Counted from the first letter of the stretch, positions 37,489 to 51,100 are shown. The stretch: DNA of 64,000 bases from Paraphysomonas bandaiensis (GCA_965644295.1 CBFFRP010000409.1:49207-113206), one strand, 5' to 3'. Program-made: numbers and translations. Notes: generated from the letters alone by a model not told the origin.

Positions 37489-39180
37489 TGTGATATGCAA
37501 TACCTGGTATGCAGGGTTGTATTTACGTATTAACCTGGATATTAGGGATTTTGGGTTCTTGAATGCTAAAATATACCAAAGTGGCGGTATACTGTTTTTG
37601 TATGGGTATTTTTAGGTAGAAAGTAAAACGTAGGATATGATGTACTATGAGTATGCGGTTATACGTTGCTCCTTAGGTTGCTGTGTGTATTCAGTTTATA
37701 GAATAAACACGTTTCTGTGGGTAGTGATGACGTTGCAGGGTGTTGTGATGTTGTTGAGGAGTAGGAGTGGGTGTAACATGTATGCTATGGTGTTATGCAC
37801 TTGTTTAGGCTTAACCGAAGTGCTTGGTGCCAACGATCTTGTTGCACTGGCGGTGTTACCTGCGTGGTGATTTCTGGCGGAAATCATTAACTGGGCATTA
37901 GGTTATTGCTTAGAGCAGTCACAGCATTAATAATACATTGTTCTTACACTTGCGTGTTTGTGTGGTATACCTGTACTGCGAGCCGTGATTTCGGTTTTCA
38001 AACCGGGTTACGTCACAGTAAATATTTACTTATTTGCTCGCACAAGAATTCTTGTAATTAATTCTTGATACACATCATTTAGATAGACCTGTCTGTGTGC
38101 CTTGCTTGTGTGCGTTGTGCAGGGGTGTCTTGTGTCAGTGTGTTGAGTGGTGTCTTGGTGTCTTGGTGGATTCTTACGCAGGTCTGTGGATTTGTCAGTT
38201 TCTTCCGGGGGACTTGGGACTGGATTTGAGTTATTTCATTGAGACCTGTGAGCGAATTTTAAATTCCCTCCTTGTCGATCTTTGTTAGTCTCTGAAACCA
38301 AGGGAGCTGTGTAGCTCTGAGGTGGAAAATCTGCTGGTGTGCATAAATATAGAACCCCACATTAGGCAATATATATATAATCACTGTGTGGGTATATAAA
38401 CTAAAGAGTGTAACAGCAACTAAGGTGGAAGATGCAAACTCCCGTTGGTAGGAGTAGCCCTAAGAGCCACTCTGGTTCTGAAGGCAGTGTTAAGGAGGAT
38501 CTAGAGCCTTCAATGCTCGAAATCATTCTTGCACGTTTCGATGCCTTGGAAAGGAAATTCGATACGAGAATAGATGACTTAACGTTCAGAGTCACGCGAC
38601 TCGAAGAGCGGGCCTCACGTAGAGGTACACCTGTAGGCTCTAGAGCGCAGAGCCCCACGATTCTAAGGGAAGATCAAAATATCCCAGGGGCAGATGAAAC
38701 AGTTACGAAAGGAACACCTACAGTTCCTGACACGTTGCCGAAACCGGTAAAGAAACGTGATACAAGGAGATACTCTACTCTGCATAATTTAGCGGAACAC
38801 TATCGCACTCCTTGGCGGGATGAGTCTGTAAGAGAATTGTTGGAGGAGGAAGATACTTCTACTGCTCAGTCAAGTGGTAATGCTGAGGAGGATGGTGATC
38901 AGCAGGTGGCTTCAGAATTCCCTACTAGAACTCAAGTTTTGTTAGGAGGCAAGAAACCTGGGAAGCTGTTCAGGGAATTGAAAAAGAATGCCAACCTTCC
39001 AAATGTGCAACAGACTGTTGTAATGCGTGAGGAAAGAACTTGCAAAGTTCGTATCAATGAACTTAAGCTTTCTAAAGTGGCTAGAGCTGTCAAACAAATC
39101 TTGGATTTTCAAGAAGAGGAACAGACCACTGTGCGTCTACAAAAGGTTGTCTCTGGAGAATTAAGAGATCATCTAAGAGA
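37489..39180 (+). mobile_element. Gypsy-like LTR (37489-38017, TGTGA...TCACA), leader and truncated gag-like ORF (38432-39180)
   Basis: Inverted LTR-type termini; paralog of the 36209 ORF; interrupted at 39181 by another LTR end (tatgacacagccaggtttgataacc). Confidence 0.55.
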
Positions 39181-39624
39181 TATGACACAGCCAGGTTTGA
39201 TAACCAAGGCTGTGCAGCAGAAACAAACACAATGAGTTAACCAGAGCTATATGTACGTCTGATTGCAGGAGAACAGGATGATTATTACTCTAAACAGTAT
39301 GTCAAGCGTTGCAAGCTTGTACTAGTGACCCCCTCCAAGAATCACCGCGCAAACCCCACCTCCAGTGAAGTCAGAACACTAGTGTACAAACAGAACAACA
39401 CTTAACAAAAACACTGAGCTGTAAAGCAATGCAACATAGAACCAGCACAACACACCACACTCGCGATGACACCACACACCACACTCGCCAGTTTGTAAAT
39501 TAGCCGTTGAATACTGCGTATTCAGAGTACTGCTACTGTATTACAATGGACCAACTTGTATGTGAGTGTGCAGCATACCGTATGATGCTTTTTCTACATC
39601 TACTATCTCAGACTAAGAACCAAT

Positions 39625-39952
39625 ACTCTGTTTTTATTCTCAGTGTGCATAAGTTCATATTCTCTCTATTATCTACGGTTCACTGATTATTTCATTGAGG
39701 GGGCGTATTAGGATTCAGCTTAATACATGATTGTATCTGTGAGTTATAATGTTCAATGAAATACACCATGAACTGAATTAGAGAGAGTATCTGTCGAAGA
39801 TACGTGATCGTCATCATAACGTCGTCATTATCAGTTACACTTCTAACTATTCCGTTGTGCATGATAGTACGTTCTATATTGTTATTCATAATTTTTCACT
39901 CTATCGTGTTCATTACTTACACTCTAATAATCACAACATTGTTTTACTATTA
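39625..39952 (+). mobile_element. Copia 3' UTR, PPT and LTR (39706-39952), same family as 13962-14290
   Basis: Near-identical reverse complement of 13962-14290. Confidence 0.85.
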
Positions 39953-40269
39953 TAAAGATCAATTCTTTATTATATATCATAGCATTTTCTGTGGCTCAAA
40001 CACGAATAAGTGATCACCACGTAATTTTATTAACACTGTCAGAGTGCAAGGATACAAATATTATTATCAGTTCATAAGCGCTATATATGAGCACAACCGG
40101 CCTACTAATAACCGTCGTTATATCCTATAACTAACTATAGATTACCCAAAACCAATGCAACATGCTACACGGTGTCAAACGACAACAAAAAGCAAGGCAT
40201 CAAGAAATAGGACAATGTTGTCATAACAACAAGGCTTCCAGAAATGAAAACGGCATCGTGATAATGCTC

Positions 40270-41374
40270 TTACAGGGAGGGAAATGCAGATGCATCATTG
40301 ATGTCGACAGACGCTTGGGCACCTTTGCGAGGTCCAGATGCACCTCTACCCCTGCCACCTCTACCCTCTCTGTCTCCACCCCTTCCACCGCGACCACGAC
40401 CACCACGGCCTCCGTCTCGTCGTTCACTGCGCTCCTGTTCCGAAGGGCCGCATGAGAACCCAACTTCAAGGACCTTGTTTTTGCCTATTACACAATTAGA
40501 AACTAAATGGGATGCCATAAAGCCTAATACTACCAGCGCGTTTATCTTTCTTTGTGCGATGCGATGTTTTACCGCCACCTAAGGCAATAAAGGTGTCCTC
40601 CTCTTCCTCCTTAGTCTTCATACCGGAAAAGTCAGCCTCAACCTTCCGCACAGACACCTCACCGAATATCTCCGCATTAGCACGAGAGCTATTACGGGTG
40701 GCGAGGTACTCATCAAGAGTGTAAGTGGGTACCTCCGGCTCAACCTCCACTTCCGGTTCCACCTCAGGCTCACCATCGTCACCAGAGATAGTAGCATCAA
40801 CGCCAATGTCTTCCTTAACAGCCTCTTCGGCTTCCTTGTTGGGATTTCCCCAGTTTGCTTTTCCAGCACCCCCCTTCGCGATCTCCTTACCACTGGAAAA
40901 TACATCAGATATACACATTACTATGTTAAACATACTAACCGCCCAGTTCCACTTCGGCGATCGAACTCCCGCTTTCTCGGTGGGGCATCTCCTTTCTCGT
41001 GTTTGCCACCACGGCCACCGCCTCGTCCACCACGCTGATGACCGCGACCCCCACGACCAGAGCTCGGCTTCTCAGGTGCTGCAGGGGAAGACTCTACCAC
41101 TGGTGCAGGTGCTGGTTTAGATTTAGCCTGGTTGGCTTTATTTCCACCTGAGCTCCATGTGTTTAGATTGTGTGTGTTAAATAGTTACATGATAGAAGAT
41201 AAGAGCGTATCGTGTCTTATTACTCATAAAATACAAGCATCATATCACATAAACCACATGAGATAACAGCACCGGAGACCGGCTCTCACCTGACTTCGCG
41301 TTTGTCTTGTTGGACGACACCTTTGTGAAAGTCTCGTCCTCGTCATCAGACTCAAGAACAGAGAAGAAATTCAT
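40270..41374 (-). CDS. SERBP1/HABP4/Stm1-family RGG RNA-binding protein (multi-exon)
   Basis: MNFFSVLESDDE, REFDRRSGTG, KGGAGKANWG, TLDEY, RGG tracts, DINDASAFPSL*. Confidence 0.9.
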
Positions 41375-41924
41375 GTCGACCACCCGTTCTCTATGTCGTC
41401 GGATTCGTTGATGTAAAGTGCCTCTTGTGGCAGGAATTTATATCCAACTGCTCTCTTATGGTGAGATTAACACGCAGAATATGAGGTGCTGTACGCCCAC
41501 AAGATGCTATCCAATACATCCCATACATGTCATACAAGTCCATCGTGTGAGGATTTGTGGTTGATGAGGAGGCAAAAAAAAGTTGGAGAGGATAAGTACT
41601 ACCTACAGATCTTGAACGGGATCAGTCCATATTTTCAGTTTAGAGTTCTGTTCCTTGGTATTCCGGTATTGTACGACGTACCGTGTATAGAACTGCATCA
41701 CTGACCGGTATACGGTATACGCTTTGGAGTACCTCGTAGGGCAGCACAAATATAACAACAGCATGTCGATTCAGTGAGTTGTGCCACAATACACACATGT
41801 ACTAGTGTATATATCTACATGAGTGTGTGTCCATGAGAATCATCTATCTTCGCTCAAGAATCTATTGGTACTGTGCCAGCTGACGTGACGTGGAGCTAGT
41901 GTTCGTTGTCTGTCTTTACAGCAA

Positions 41925-43346
41925 ATGGGTTTCAATTATTACATCCAGTTTGCGGTTGTCTTATCAGTGTGTGTCAGTGAATTCGCAGTATGTGATAAGT
42001 ATTTCTATATATACGATTGGCCCCAAGCGTTACAAGATGTATACCCGCCCCCTGGTGCCCCTTTAGACCGGTCGGCTTCATATGATCATGCATTCTATGA
42101 AAATAATGGTGTCGGGAAGATGATAGACGGTCGCATTGGCATGTTTGCTACCTGGCAGTTCTCATTATTCAAAAATCTCATGTCACGCCTCCGCACCAGT
42201 GAGTTTAGGACAAGTGACCCAAGTTTGGCTAGTGCGTTTGTAGTCCCCTACGATGCTGGTGTCCACTCATTTATTGATCATACGAACGGAAAGGTTCGTT
42301 TGGCTAGCCCTCATGGGTGGACGGCTAGTGAACTGTTGACAAAGGCTAGTAAAACTGCCAATTGGAGGCGTAGGGGACATGATCACTTTGTGATATTCAG
42401 CGTAACGGGTTACCAGATGGTGGGGATTGGGACAAAGATGTTTTTTATGAACATCTGTGAGAACTGTACTGTTCTAACAATTGAGAGCACCCCAAATAAT
42501 ATCGCTATTTCGGGACGAACGAAAAAATACTGGTATTCAGTACCATATCCATCGTCATACCACTGGTGGGAGGGGTTGGAAGAACGGCCGTGGAGGGTAA
42601 AAGAGAGTGGGGCAAGAGACATACTGGCGATATTCATAGGGTCTGTGAAGACGAAGACCGCCAGTTCCAATGCCCTTCGGCGAGCACTATACAGTGAATG
42701 CAATGGGAGGTCGTCAGACTGTCAGTGGCATTCAGCAAGTCACTCTTGTACAGGAGTGCTGAATCAGTCCGACACTATGCTGCTATATTTGCGAAGTAAG
42801 TATTGCCTAGCTCCACCTGGGGATAGTCTCACGCGAAAGAGTATCTTCGACAGCTACTTGACTGGGTGCGTTCCCGTGGTGTTTGCACGTGCATCTCTTT
42901 CTCAGTATTCATGGCACCTCTCCCCAGAGGATATTGAACAGTCAACGGTTTATATACCCAAGCTGGACGTGGTGGAAGGTCGAGTGAGTGTGCTGAACAT
43001 CCTGAGCAACATTGGGGCGGATGAACTGTTAGCCAAGCAGGAGGCCATAGCTCGTATCGCACCCCGACTACAGTACTCTGTAGTACCTGATGTGTATGGG
43101 GGAGAAAGTAGTGTTCCTAAATTACAGGGGGCTGGGAGTATATGGGCACCTCCACAAAGAGATGCTGCTGATGTAATAATAGACCGTATCTTAGACCAAG
43201 AGACGGTTGAGCCGCTTGAAGGGTTTTCTGCTCAGAGGCTCAAGGAGTTGCAAGTAAGACAGAAGGAAATAATGGAAACAGATCCTGATTATATGGGTAT
43301 GGCCCCTTTGTCTCGAAAGAAAAAAAGACAAAATCTTGGTTCTTAG
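41925..43346 (+). CDS. exostosin-family glycosyltransferase (GT47), signal peptide
   Basis: FYIYDWP, RTSDPSLASAFVVPYD, WRRRGHDHF, VPYPS, SKYCLAPPGDSLTRKSIFDS...GCVPV. Confidence 0.9.
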   Translation: MGFNYYIQFAVVLSVCVSEFAVCDKYFYIYDWPQALQDVYPPPGAPLDRSASYDHAFYENNGVGKMIDGRIGMFATWQFSLFKNLMSRLRTSEFRTSDPSLASAFVVPYDAGVHSFIDHTNGKVRLASPHGWTASELLTKASKTANWRRRGHDHFVIFSVTGYQMVGIGTKMFFMNICENCTVLTIESTPNNIAISGRTKKYWYSVPYPSSYHWWEGLEERPWRVKESGARDILAIFIGSVKTKTASSNALRRALYSECNGRSSDCQWHSASHSCTGVLNQSDTMLLYLRSKYCLAPPGDSLTRKSIFDSYLTGCVPVVFARASLSQYSWHLSPEDIEQSTVYIPKLDVVEGRVSVLNILSNIGADELLAKQEAIARIAPRLQYSVVPDVYGGESSVPKLQGAGSIWAPPQRDAADVIIDRILDQETVEPLEGFSAQRLKELQVRQKEIMETDPDYMGMAPLSRKKKRQNLGS

Positions 43347-43829
43347 AACTGTGTATGGATGTTATTTAGAATCAATGTACATGCCCGATTGCATTAAGTC
43401 TGAAACAGAATGGTATACTCCCCAGAAAATGGAGAATTACACCAAAACAATTTAGCTTCAATAGTGATAATAATAGACTGGTTTTACCACTAACTCCCAT
43501 CCAACAGGCAACAGGTTGTCCATATAGTTCTATTTTGACTAGGTTGAATAATATTCCTTGTTTTAATCATATAAGCAAGGAAGGTGAGTATCATTTGAAT
43601 GACGGGTCATGTGAATCCAAAAATCAATGCACACTTACAATAACAAACCATTAACAAAAAAGAAATCTGGTGAACCTTGTAAGTGAAATCTGAACCTAAA
43701 ACCAACACACAAAACTGAAATAAAAGATACAAAGAAAACGATTTGAAAAGGTGCCACAAGTAGGAAGGTAAGACGAACGAAAAACACACAAAGTAGCAGA
43801 AGGCGAACGAAGTTACATATATGGAAGAC

Positions 43830-44270
43830 GTACTATTAGCAATTGGCGTTTAAGAGTCAGTGCGATATCTTACTATTTAACCCTACAAAATCGGTTTGTG
43901 CGTCACAGCAAGCACCAAGGTGCAATCACTTTCACTCTATCACTCAAAGCCAACGCAATGAGCAAGCAGAATGTTGATATACCTGACATTTGCTTGAGTC
44001 TTAAAGGTGAACAGCCTGATGCTTGACTTCAGCAGGTAGCTCAATGCCCCGATACCTGTTTATTCGTCAAAGCTCAAAGACGTCTACATAAGTGACACCT
44101 ATATTAGTGTCCATTGTACCTTGTATCATACAAGTACTAGGCTATGAATGGGCAGAAAAGTATCTGCTGACTATATATGCGGCTCGCGTTAGTTTTGCGG
44201 AGAAATATATCTCCAGCAGTACTTATTCCTCAGAACACCAAGAAAAGGTGGGAGTCCGACTTTGTTGAGG
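43830..44270 (-). mobile_element. full-length copy of the ribozyme-headed element
   Basis: Colinear with 9992-10368 and 61908-62304. Confidence 0.75.
44180..44270 (-). ncRNA. candidate HDV-like ribozyme
   Basis: cctcaac-aaagt-cggactccc-acc-ttttctt-ggt-gttctgagg-aa-[P4 ggaga/tctcc]-ctaac-gcgagccg follows HDV helix order. Confidence 0.45.
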
Positions 44271-44529
44271 GTGGAAGAAAACAAAATTTATAGATTGATG
44301 CCTAGATTTATTCATTTATTTATATATTTAAATTGACCAAATGAGTTTATTCAAAAAAAATTGTTACCTTATTTCCGAGAAGGATATTCTTTCTTCCCGT
44401 TTCTACACATGTGGTATAACTGCTTTATATCTATTACTTTCTTTTAAAGGAAGTTAGAAGAAGAAGAAGAAATGTCTGATTATTACATGAGAACGGTTGT
44501 ATCTAGAATTTGTAATGTTGTAGCTATGG

Positions 44530-45060
44530 ACTTAATAATATGGGTCGCTACTTACTAAATTCTTCAACCATCTCGGGACTGCTTGTGCATTGCTGCAAGC
44601 ACACTTGGTGCAACCATCCCTTGTATTAGAGTTAGTCCGGGGGTCTACCTTTGGGCAGTGTTTCTGGTGTTCCAGTGCCGCACGATACTTGAGGAGTGGA
44701 GTGAATGACATGTATGTGGGAGTGTAGGTCGGTTACGGAATGTCTGCTAGTCCTTGTGTTAGGAGTGCTGTCTAAGGCAAGTAGCAGTTGTTTCCGGAGT
44801 GGATGTACAGGCCTGGGCTGGGGTCGGGTTCGAGCGGGGGGTATGATTCCAGGAGTGGATGTTGCTCGGAGTAGCCGGGGTAGTTTCGGAATGAGGTCGG
44901 TCCTCTGGGTGTGGTGTATTGCGTCGGGGGATGTGGGGAGCTGTATCGCATAGGTTCTTTGCATCGAGCACCATGTGTAGACAGGGCTACATGGCTCATA
45001 TGGCATGGAACACAGCGGTTCCAAGGTTGGCCAATGAGGATGTCGTGATTTTAAAGGATG
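44530..45060 (-). mobile_element. degenerate LINE-like 3' fragment ending in the shared stem-loop
   Basis: C/A-rich minus strand; LANLGTAVFHAI resembles LRNLEAAVISLL at 46.9 kb; ggttgcacc...gtgcttgcagcaatgcacaagc at 44613-44580. Confidence 0.45.
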
Positions 45061-45309
45061 TAATTATTTTAATACCAGGTTTAGTTCATTATTTCACCAG
45101 AGGTTTGGTGGTCCCAATAGCAGTCCCGGATGCCATTTACCATTTAGGGGGATGTCTGTTTATTCATTAAAGTCCAACGACATAATATCGATAAGAAGTG
45201 ACACTAATTTTTGTGACACTACTGCACAATCATACGGCTACGAGTAGTGAAACATTGATTATATCTGCTATATCCGGTAATGTGGCTTATATAGTTCTAT
45301 ATGAGATAA

Positions 45310-46026
45310 AAGATCTGTCAGAAAATCCAGTCTACTACAAAAGATCAAAACATATTCAGATAAAGTACCACTGGGTTCGGGAACACGTAAATGGAAGGTT
45401 TCCTACAGCCAGATTGATTCATGTATCGACTAAGGATATGGCGGCCGACATATTTACAAAAGCGTTATCTACAAAGCTCTTTAAACTCCATGAAGAAACT
45501 ATCACAGGGGAAAAGAGGAGCATTTCAAATGAAGTTGAGAAGAATCAGAAGAAGCGGTTCAAGAGAGGTTAAGGGTGTGTTTTTAGTGGGTAAGAATCCC
45601 ACATAACTGTGTTACAGCGAAGTGTGATGTTCACAGTGTCTTTTTATGAAGATTTTCACATCCGTTTTATCCTAAGATGACTAGATGATATATATAGCTG
45701 CAGTATAATGACGATTACTCGTTTCTACATTGAGGAGGAGTGTTGGAATACGTATGGTTCTCTAAGATAGTACTGTAGAATACGTTAAATACAATGTGAA
45801 AAACAGTAATACGTAGTCAATAGTCAAAGGTGCTATATAGCTATAACTGTGAAACTGAAGTATTACATCATGACGATTCAAGATACGGAAGTTGAGCAGT
45901 GGTTGACATGAACGAAATAATTTATCATGTTGTTGACATGTGTTACATGACAACACATACAATTGTGTATACAATTATAATAAAGTAATCTATCTAGCTT
46001 GACTAACTTAAACTTCTCTTACAACG
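45310..46026 (+). mobile_element. Copia RNase H C-terminus, PPT and LTR start (45741)
   Basis: ENPVYYKRSKHIQIKYHWVRE...AADIFTKAL; gaggaggag|TGTTG; LTR 3' end approximate. Confidence 0.8.
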
Positions 46027-46221
46027 ATCTTAATCATCTGAAAATGGTCAATTGTCAATATTTTTAATGACTTCAGATTTTATCTTATTTTCTTATTGCA
46101 GTCATACAGTATCTAACATATATAGCTATATCGGCATCTTCCGTTTAGGCTATCTTGGAATTATTTCTCCTCCATCACAGCAGTAACACTCCTCTACAGA
46201 TACAGGCCACTGTATATTAAA

Positions 46222-47480
46222 GTCTTATTATTTAGCAATAGGCGTTAAAAATCTGCACCAATGTAGTGGCTAGCTGAATGCTAGGCATACTATTTAGACC
46301 TCTACCCATAACTAACCTGTACAACTCTATTATCCTACTATTTAACGCTACAGAAGCTTCTTGTGCGTCGCCGCAAGCACCACGGTGCGACCACTTTAGT
46401 TCTTAATGTTGATTGTGAGTTTCGCCATGATCGTGCGTCCTAGGACTCACTGGCGCGTGTTATCAGGGGGTCTCCCCTTGGGATGAGGTTCCACCAGGCT
46501 CTGACGTACAGGGTTCTGTATTAAGTTCCTGAGCGTACCGAGTGCTAGATGTGTGTGCTGAGAGGTGGGTGGAGAGGTGGAATGTGGCATTGTCTCATAT
46601 CACCGTTTGGGCCTCAGCAGGCATAGGTGGAGTCGCCGGAGGCGGCATCGTTGTCGAGGGCCTGAGGGTTTCATGCGGGGACGGTGGTATGTTTCTGTGG
46701 GTATGAGTGGTGGGGTTCGTGTGTACGGTGGGCGGTGGTCCAGTCTCGGGTCGTCTGCGGACTCCCAGTAATCGTAGCACCCTGGGGCGTTTCCATGGCT
46801 GTCTACGTTTTTGACGCGGTCGTGGGAGTAGCATAGGGGGTCCCTTGCGTAGGGTAATATAGCGTCGACTTCGATCTTGGATCATGAGCTTTTGCTGCGG
46901 CAAAAAGCGGGAGAAGCAGACTGATGACCGCTGCTTCAAGGTTGCGCAGGGCTTGAGGTGTCATGGATTCATGGATGTGATCTCCAAAAACCATCTCGAG
47001 TTGTGCCGTGGTGATGGTGCCTGTCCAGAATATCTCTCCACCTGCGGGAAGGAGGTGCTCCTGGCCCTGCTGGAGAGCCGCTGTAGCGCATTGGTGGTCC
47101 AGTGGGGCTGTAAAAGGCAGTCTCCCGAATCTGAGTGCGTATAATGTTAGTCAGGGTATTATGTGCATCTTGAGGTTAGGTGGCTCCGGCTGTTGGAGTG
47201 TGAGGCCGACCTCGGTGCACCATTCCCTTAGGCTCAAGGCAAAGTAGTGGTAGCTTGGGTGCGGAGCAGATGATGTCTGTGTAAGGAGCAAGTGCGCTGC
47301 TTTACCTGCATCTCCACCTAGGGTTATGGCGCGCTGTAGAGAGCCCCATTTTAGTTCTTGGGCGGAATCCGAGAAGGAGAGATAAGTCGTTCCGTGGGGT
47401 ATCCGGGACCCAGGCTTAGTGCCTTCATGTAGAGAGATGCGCAGGTGGAATCAATGTCCTTGTACCATTATTGTAGGGGT
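46222..47480 (-). mobile_element. deleted/degenerate non-LTR retrotransposon 3' portion carrying the shared 3' end (46222-46406)
   Basis: WYKDIDSTCASLYMKALSLGPGYPTE...FSDSAQELKWGSLQRA resembles the post-RT thumb region; EIFWTG block; runs into the element tail. Confidence 0.55.
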
Positions 47481-48195
47481 CATGATGCTTTGGTGGACAG
47501 GCCACTGTATATCAATAATAGGTTTCTAGTTTCTAGTACTAGACAACCCTCCACAACTTGGTTGAGTATCTTGCAGGGATGACCATATATATCGGTGTGA
47601 CTGTAGTTCCAAGCGGCCAAATAAATGATGTTGTGTCGAAGTCCCGAAACGAAAGTGTGGGGCACAATTGCATTATCAAAGTTCAAAAACAAATCACACA
47701 TTTTCATTCACCCATTCTGATGAAATCCACTTGCCTTTAGATGAAGCGTATCAGTACTTACATTAAGTTCCCTCAAATTTAGATGGCGTCGCCAGACCAA
47801 CCCCACCAACTGCTCAACCTTTGCCCTAGGCGCTATCATCTCGATTTTTTCGTTACATAGACCTTCCCTATTATATAGAACAAGGTTTCCGAAAAATATG
47901 ATTCTAGTGCTACATGCATCCTACATCAGCTTAGTTCAGGATCTATTAAGTTAGTTAACTGGACTTTAATCAATTGCTCTGCTGAGTATTCAGTTTTATG
48001 TGCAAATCTGCAGTACAAAACAATCTTTTCTATAGAATTCTGTTAAACCTTCACGAATAATGTTGCTTATACATTTACCGCCATCAGCAATGATAAGCAT
48101 AGTATCAACAAAAGGCAAGGTATCCACACACATCATAAAATACATTTCAGTCAATGAATATTGACACCAACTTGACATTGGTAAATATTCGACTC

Positions 48196-51100
48196 CTATC
48201 GAGTGCCTACACCAGAGTGATCCACATTCCACTTGTCCTCTTCATCACGACGAACTGAGGGGTCAATATTGTTTCGCAGACCGAGTAGCGTGTATGAAAG
48301 TGCTTCAGCGGCACCCGCAGTCGGCCTCAACACCGCTACAGGAAGAGCTCGAATAACTGACCGGACGTATCCCCCAGTTCCGGTGCGTTGGTACTGTCTG
48401 TGAGACGGCATATCACAAAAATTCAATGCAATTTCACCCATTCGTCACCTTACAGGCATAACAACCACAGTGTCTAAAGCTGAATGTATCTCACGAGATA
48501 CCGCCTCATAAGCTCGATCTAATGAGTCTGGAACACGCATTACAGAAACAAATCCAGTGAAACATAGTCGTACCAATAAACCCAGTTGGTTGCTTATCTC
48601 CCATAGACTGCCTTCCGCTGCGTCTACCGCTTTGTACCCTGAGAAGCACACATTAGTAGCGAATCCATAACACAGTGACCCATACCCATCCGGAGACACA
48701 AGATCCACGAGGCTATTTGCAATGAAGTGCGACACCTAAACAAGTATCAACACACTCTACAATAAGGGTAAAAGGTCAGACCTGATGCGATGCATGAAGA
48801 GTTTCCCTCGTGACAGTCTTGAAAAGTGAAATAGACTCCTTTTGTAACGCTTTAAGCACCCCTGCGGCGCCACCTTTTTTGTACTCCTTCACCGGGATCA
48901 ATACTAGTCCTTGAATATTAGCACCGATCGTCGATATTCCGCGTAGAGGAGATGCACTGGACAGTAGTCTGTATGAATAAAATGACATAATGTACCACAT
49001 AGTGTCTACAATACCCCAACACACCACGTACCTGTGGATCTGGTGAGCATAAATCTCGTTAACCCACTCCTCTAAGCACCTGTTCACACCCGCAGCTAGC
49101 CCAGATATACCAGTTAAATTCACCTAGGGAGGAACATCAGAATGCCATAAGCAATGTTTCAAATAAATATATACCTTGGTCAGAGTAATCTCAAGGCCGT
49201 CGATAGAGAAGAGGTTCAATATCTGGGTGTAATCTCCAGCTTGTAGAGCCCGCATGTCAAGCTATGTGCAAAGTAAGGCACATATAACACAATACGTTTC
49301 TTCATACCTGCTTGGGTGAGTAGTCTATCTTGAGCTCAATGACGTTTACTTTCCAAGACTGGAAGTAGATACCATTCCGAGCTGTAGGTGGTTGAGGACC
49401 CGCACCACAACTGAGGTCACTATCCCTGCACAGCACAAGATCTTCGTCATCATCTTCAACCACATGAGTAGCCTCGCTTTGGTTGTGAGAGGGGGCCACT
49501 AAAGATCCCTTTCCTCTGCTTTGCCCTCCAAGTACATTAGCCACCACATTCTTTTTGGCAGCATCAGTACTGGATCGTTGGGGTGATCCATATGCGCTAT
49601 TCTTATGGGATGGATTGTTCGGCTGACTTGGAACCAGAGCTAACACAAAGGACTTCAAAAAGTCGACATACATCCCTGAGAACTGTTCATTACTGTGCAT
49701 ATGTGATACATTTAATACACTTCGCACCATCGAGATAACATCGCAGGGGGAGTACAGAGACCACCATACGGTACTCGATATCTGCTCCCACTTCTGAGTC
49801 AAGTTTGTCAGAGGACTGTTGGCTTGAAAGGCCACTGACGTCGTACCCCAGCATTGACACCTGCACCATAAATTATTACTAGCACTGCAAGAACAAATAC
49901 ACTGACTTCAACGATGGGCCTGTGGCTCTCAATGGGTTTCTGATAATTCTTCCAGTTCCCTGGAACATGTTAATTCATATTATCTTATCTTAAACCACGC
50001 TACACACCTAGTATTTTCTTTGCCTTCTTTCCTACTTGAGCGTAGCTTACAAGCAAGTCATGTACCTTTGTGTGAATACTTCTCACAGGCTGTAGTAGAA
50101 CGTTATATGAGAAATCAATAGTACAAATCTACGGCACCATTGAAACGCTGTTAGCGTGTTCTACTCTGTTGTGCCGGGGATAGAGACGGAATTTCACAGA
50201 TATGCTCTTCAGAGATATCTCTGTAGAATCTGCGTCTCTTCTGCCAATACGACTTTTTACGTCAGTTCCAATATCACGTCGCTTCTGCGACGGAGGTAGG
50301 TGCTTGACAATATTCGGTCGGTAAGTTCTGCGCTGCGAATTGTCCGGAAACAAGGCAGAGCGTAAAATGGCCGACTTTCCAGTACCTTTCGCGTTCATTT
50401 CCTGCTTTGCACTGACATTTTTCGCGACCACAATGCGGCTGGTGCTCTTATCCTCCCACTCACGACCAGCAAAGAGGCGAACCCTCAACGTTAGACGCAC
50501 TTGCACCGATAAGCTCGGGGTATTTGCATTATCTAGAGAAGAGTGAGTATCACTCGACATACGATCTCATCAATACTAAACATACGTACCAGTGATGTCG
50601 CTCGAGTCTTCTCTAACAGGAATGGGTATGTGATGTGGGATTATCTACGGTAGTGAACAACATCAATGATTAACGCATGGTGCACAACTTTCATCACCTT
50701 TGTAGGTACCTCTGCAGCGGAGTCGTACCATCCAGCACGCTGTTCCGAATTCAACGAGTCGGCTCCCTCAAGACTTGCTAACCATGCTCTCTGCATATCT
50801 TCATCTACAACGCCCTCGGCAACTGTCAAGACTGTACGAGAGGTGTCCTCTATTGCAGTAGAGCTCTCATATACAACACTGCTGTAGCCCTCCTCTTTAT
50901 GACTGGGAGGGCTGCAGTCATCCCTCCTCTCCGTACTAGATACGATATCAAATGAAGCAGATTTCTCGATGCAACTGTTGCTTCCATCAAATGAATCCGA
51001 TGAATTCCCTAGAATAGGATCTTGTGACTGCCCACTCACTTTGGGTCTCCACTCACTCAGCTCCATGTCCTCGACAGCTCCCTCCGCTTTCCTGGCTGCC

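Noticed and set aside
43975-43996. ctgatg as a hammerhead core
   Set aside because: CUGAUGA and a correctly placed GAAA are missing
43830-44270. Dispersed structured repeat as a Fanzor/TnpB/IscB omega-RNA
   Set aside because: No RuvC or TnpB ORF in the window; HDV helix order and the LINE-shared tail explain it better, though this is not formally excluded
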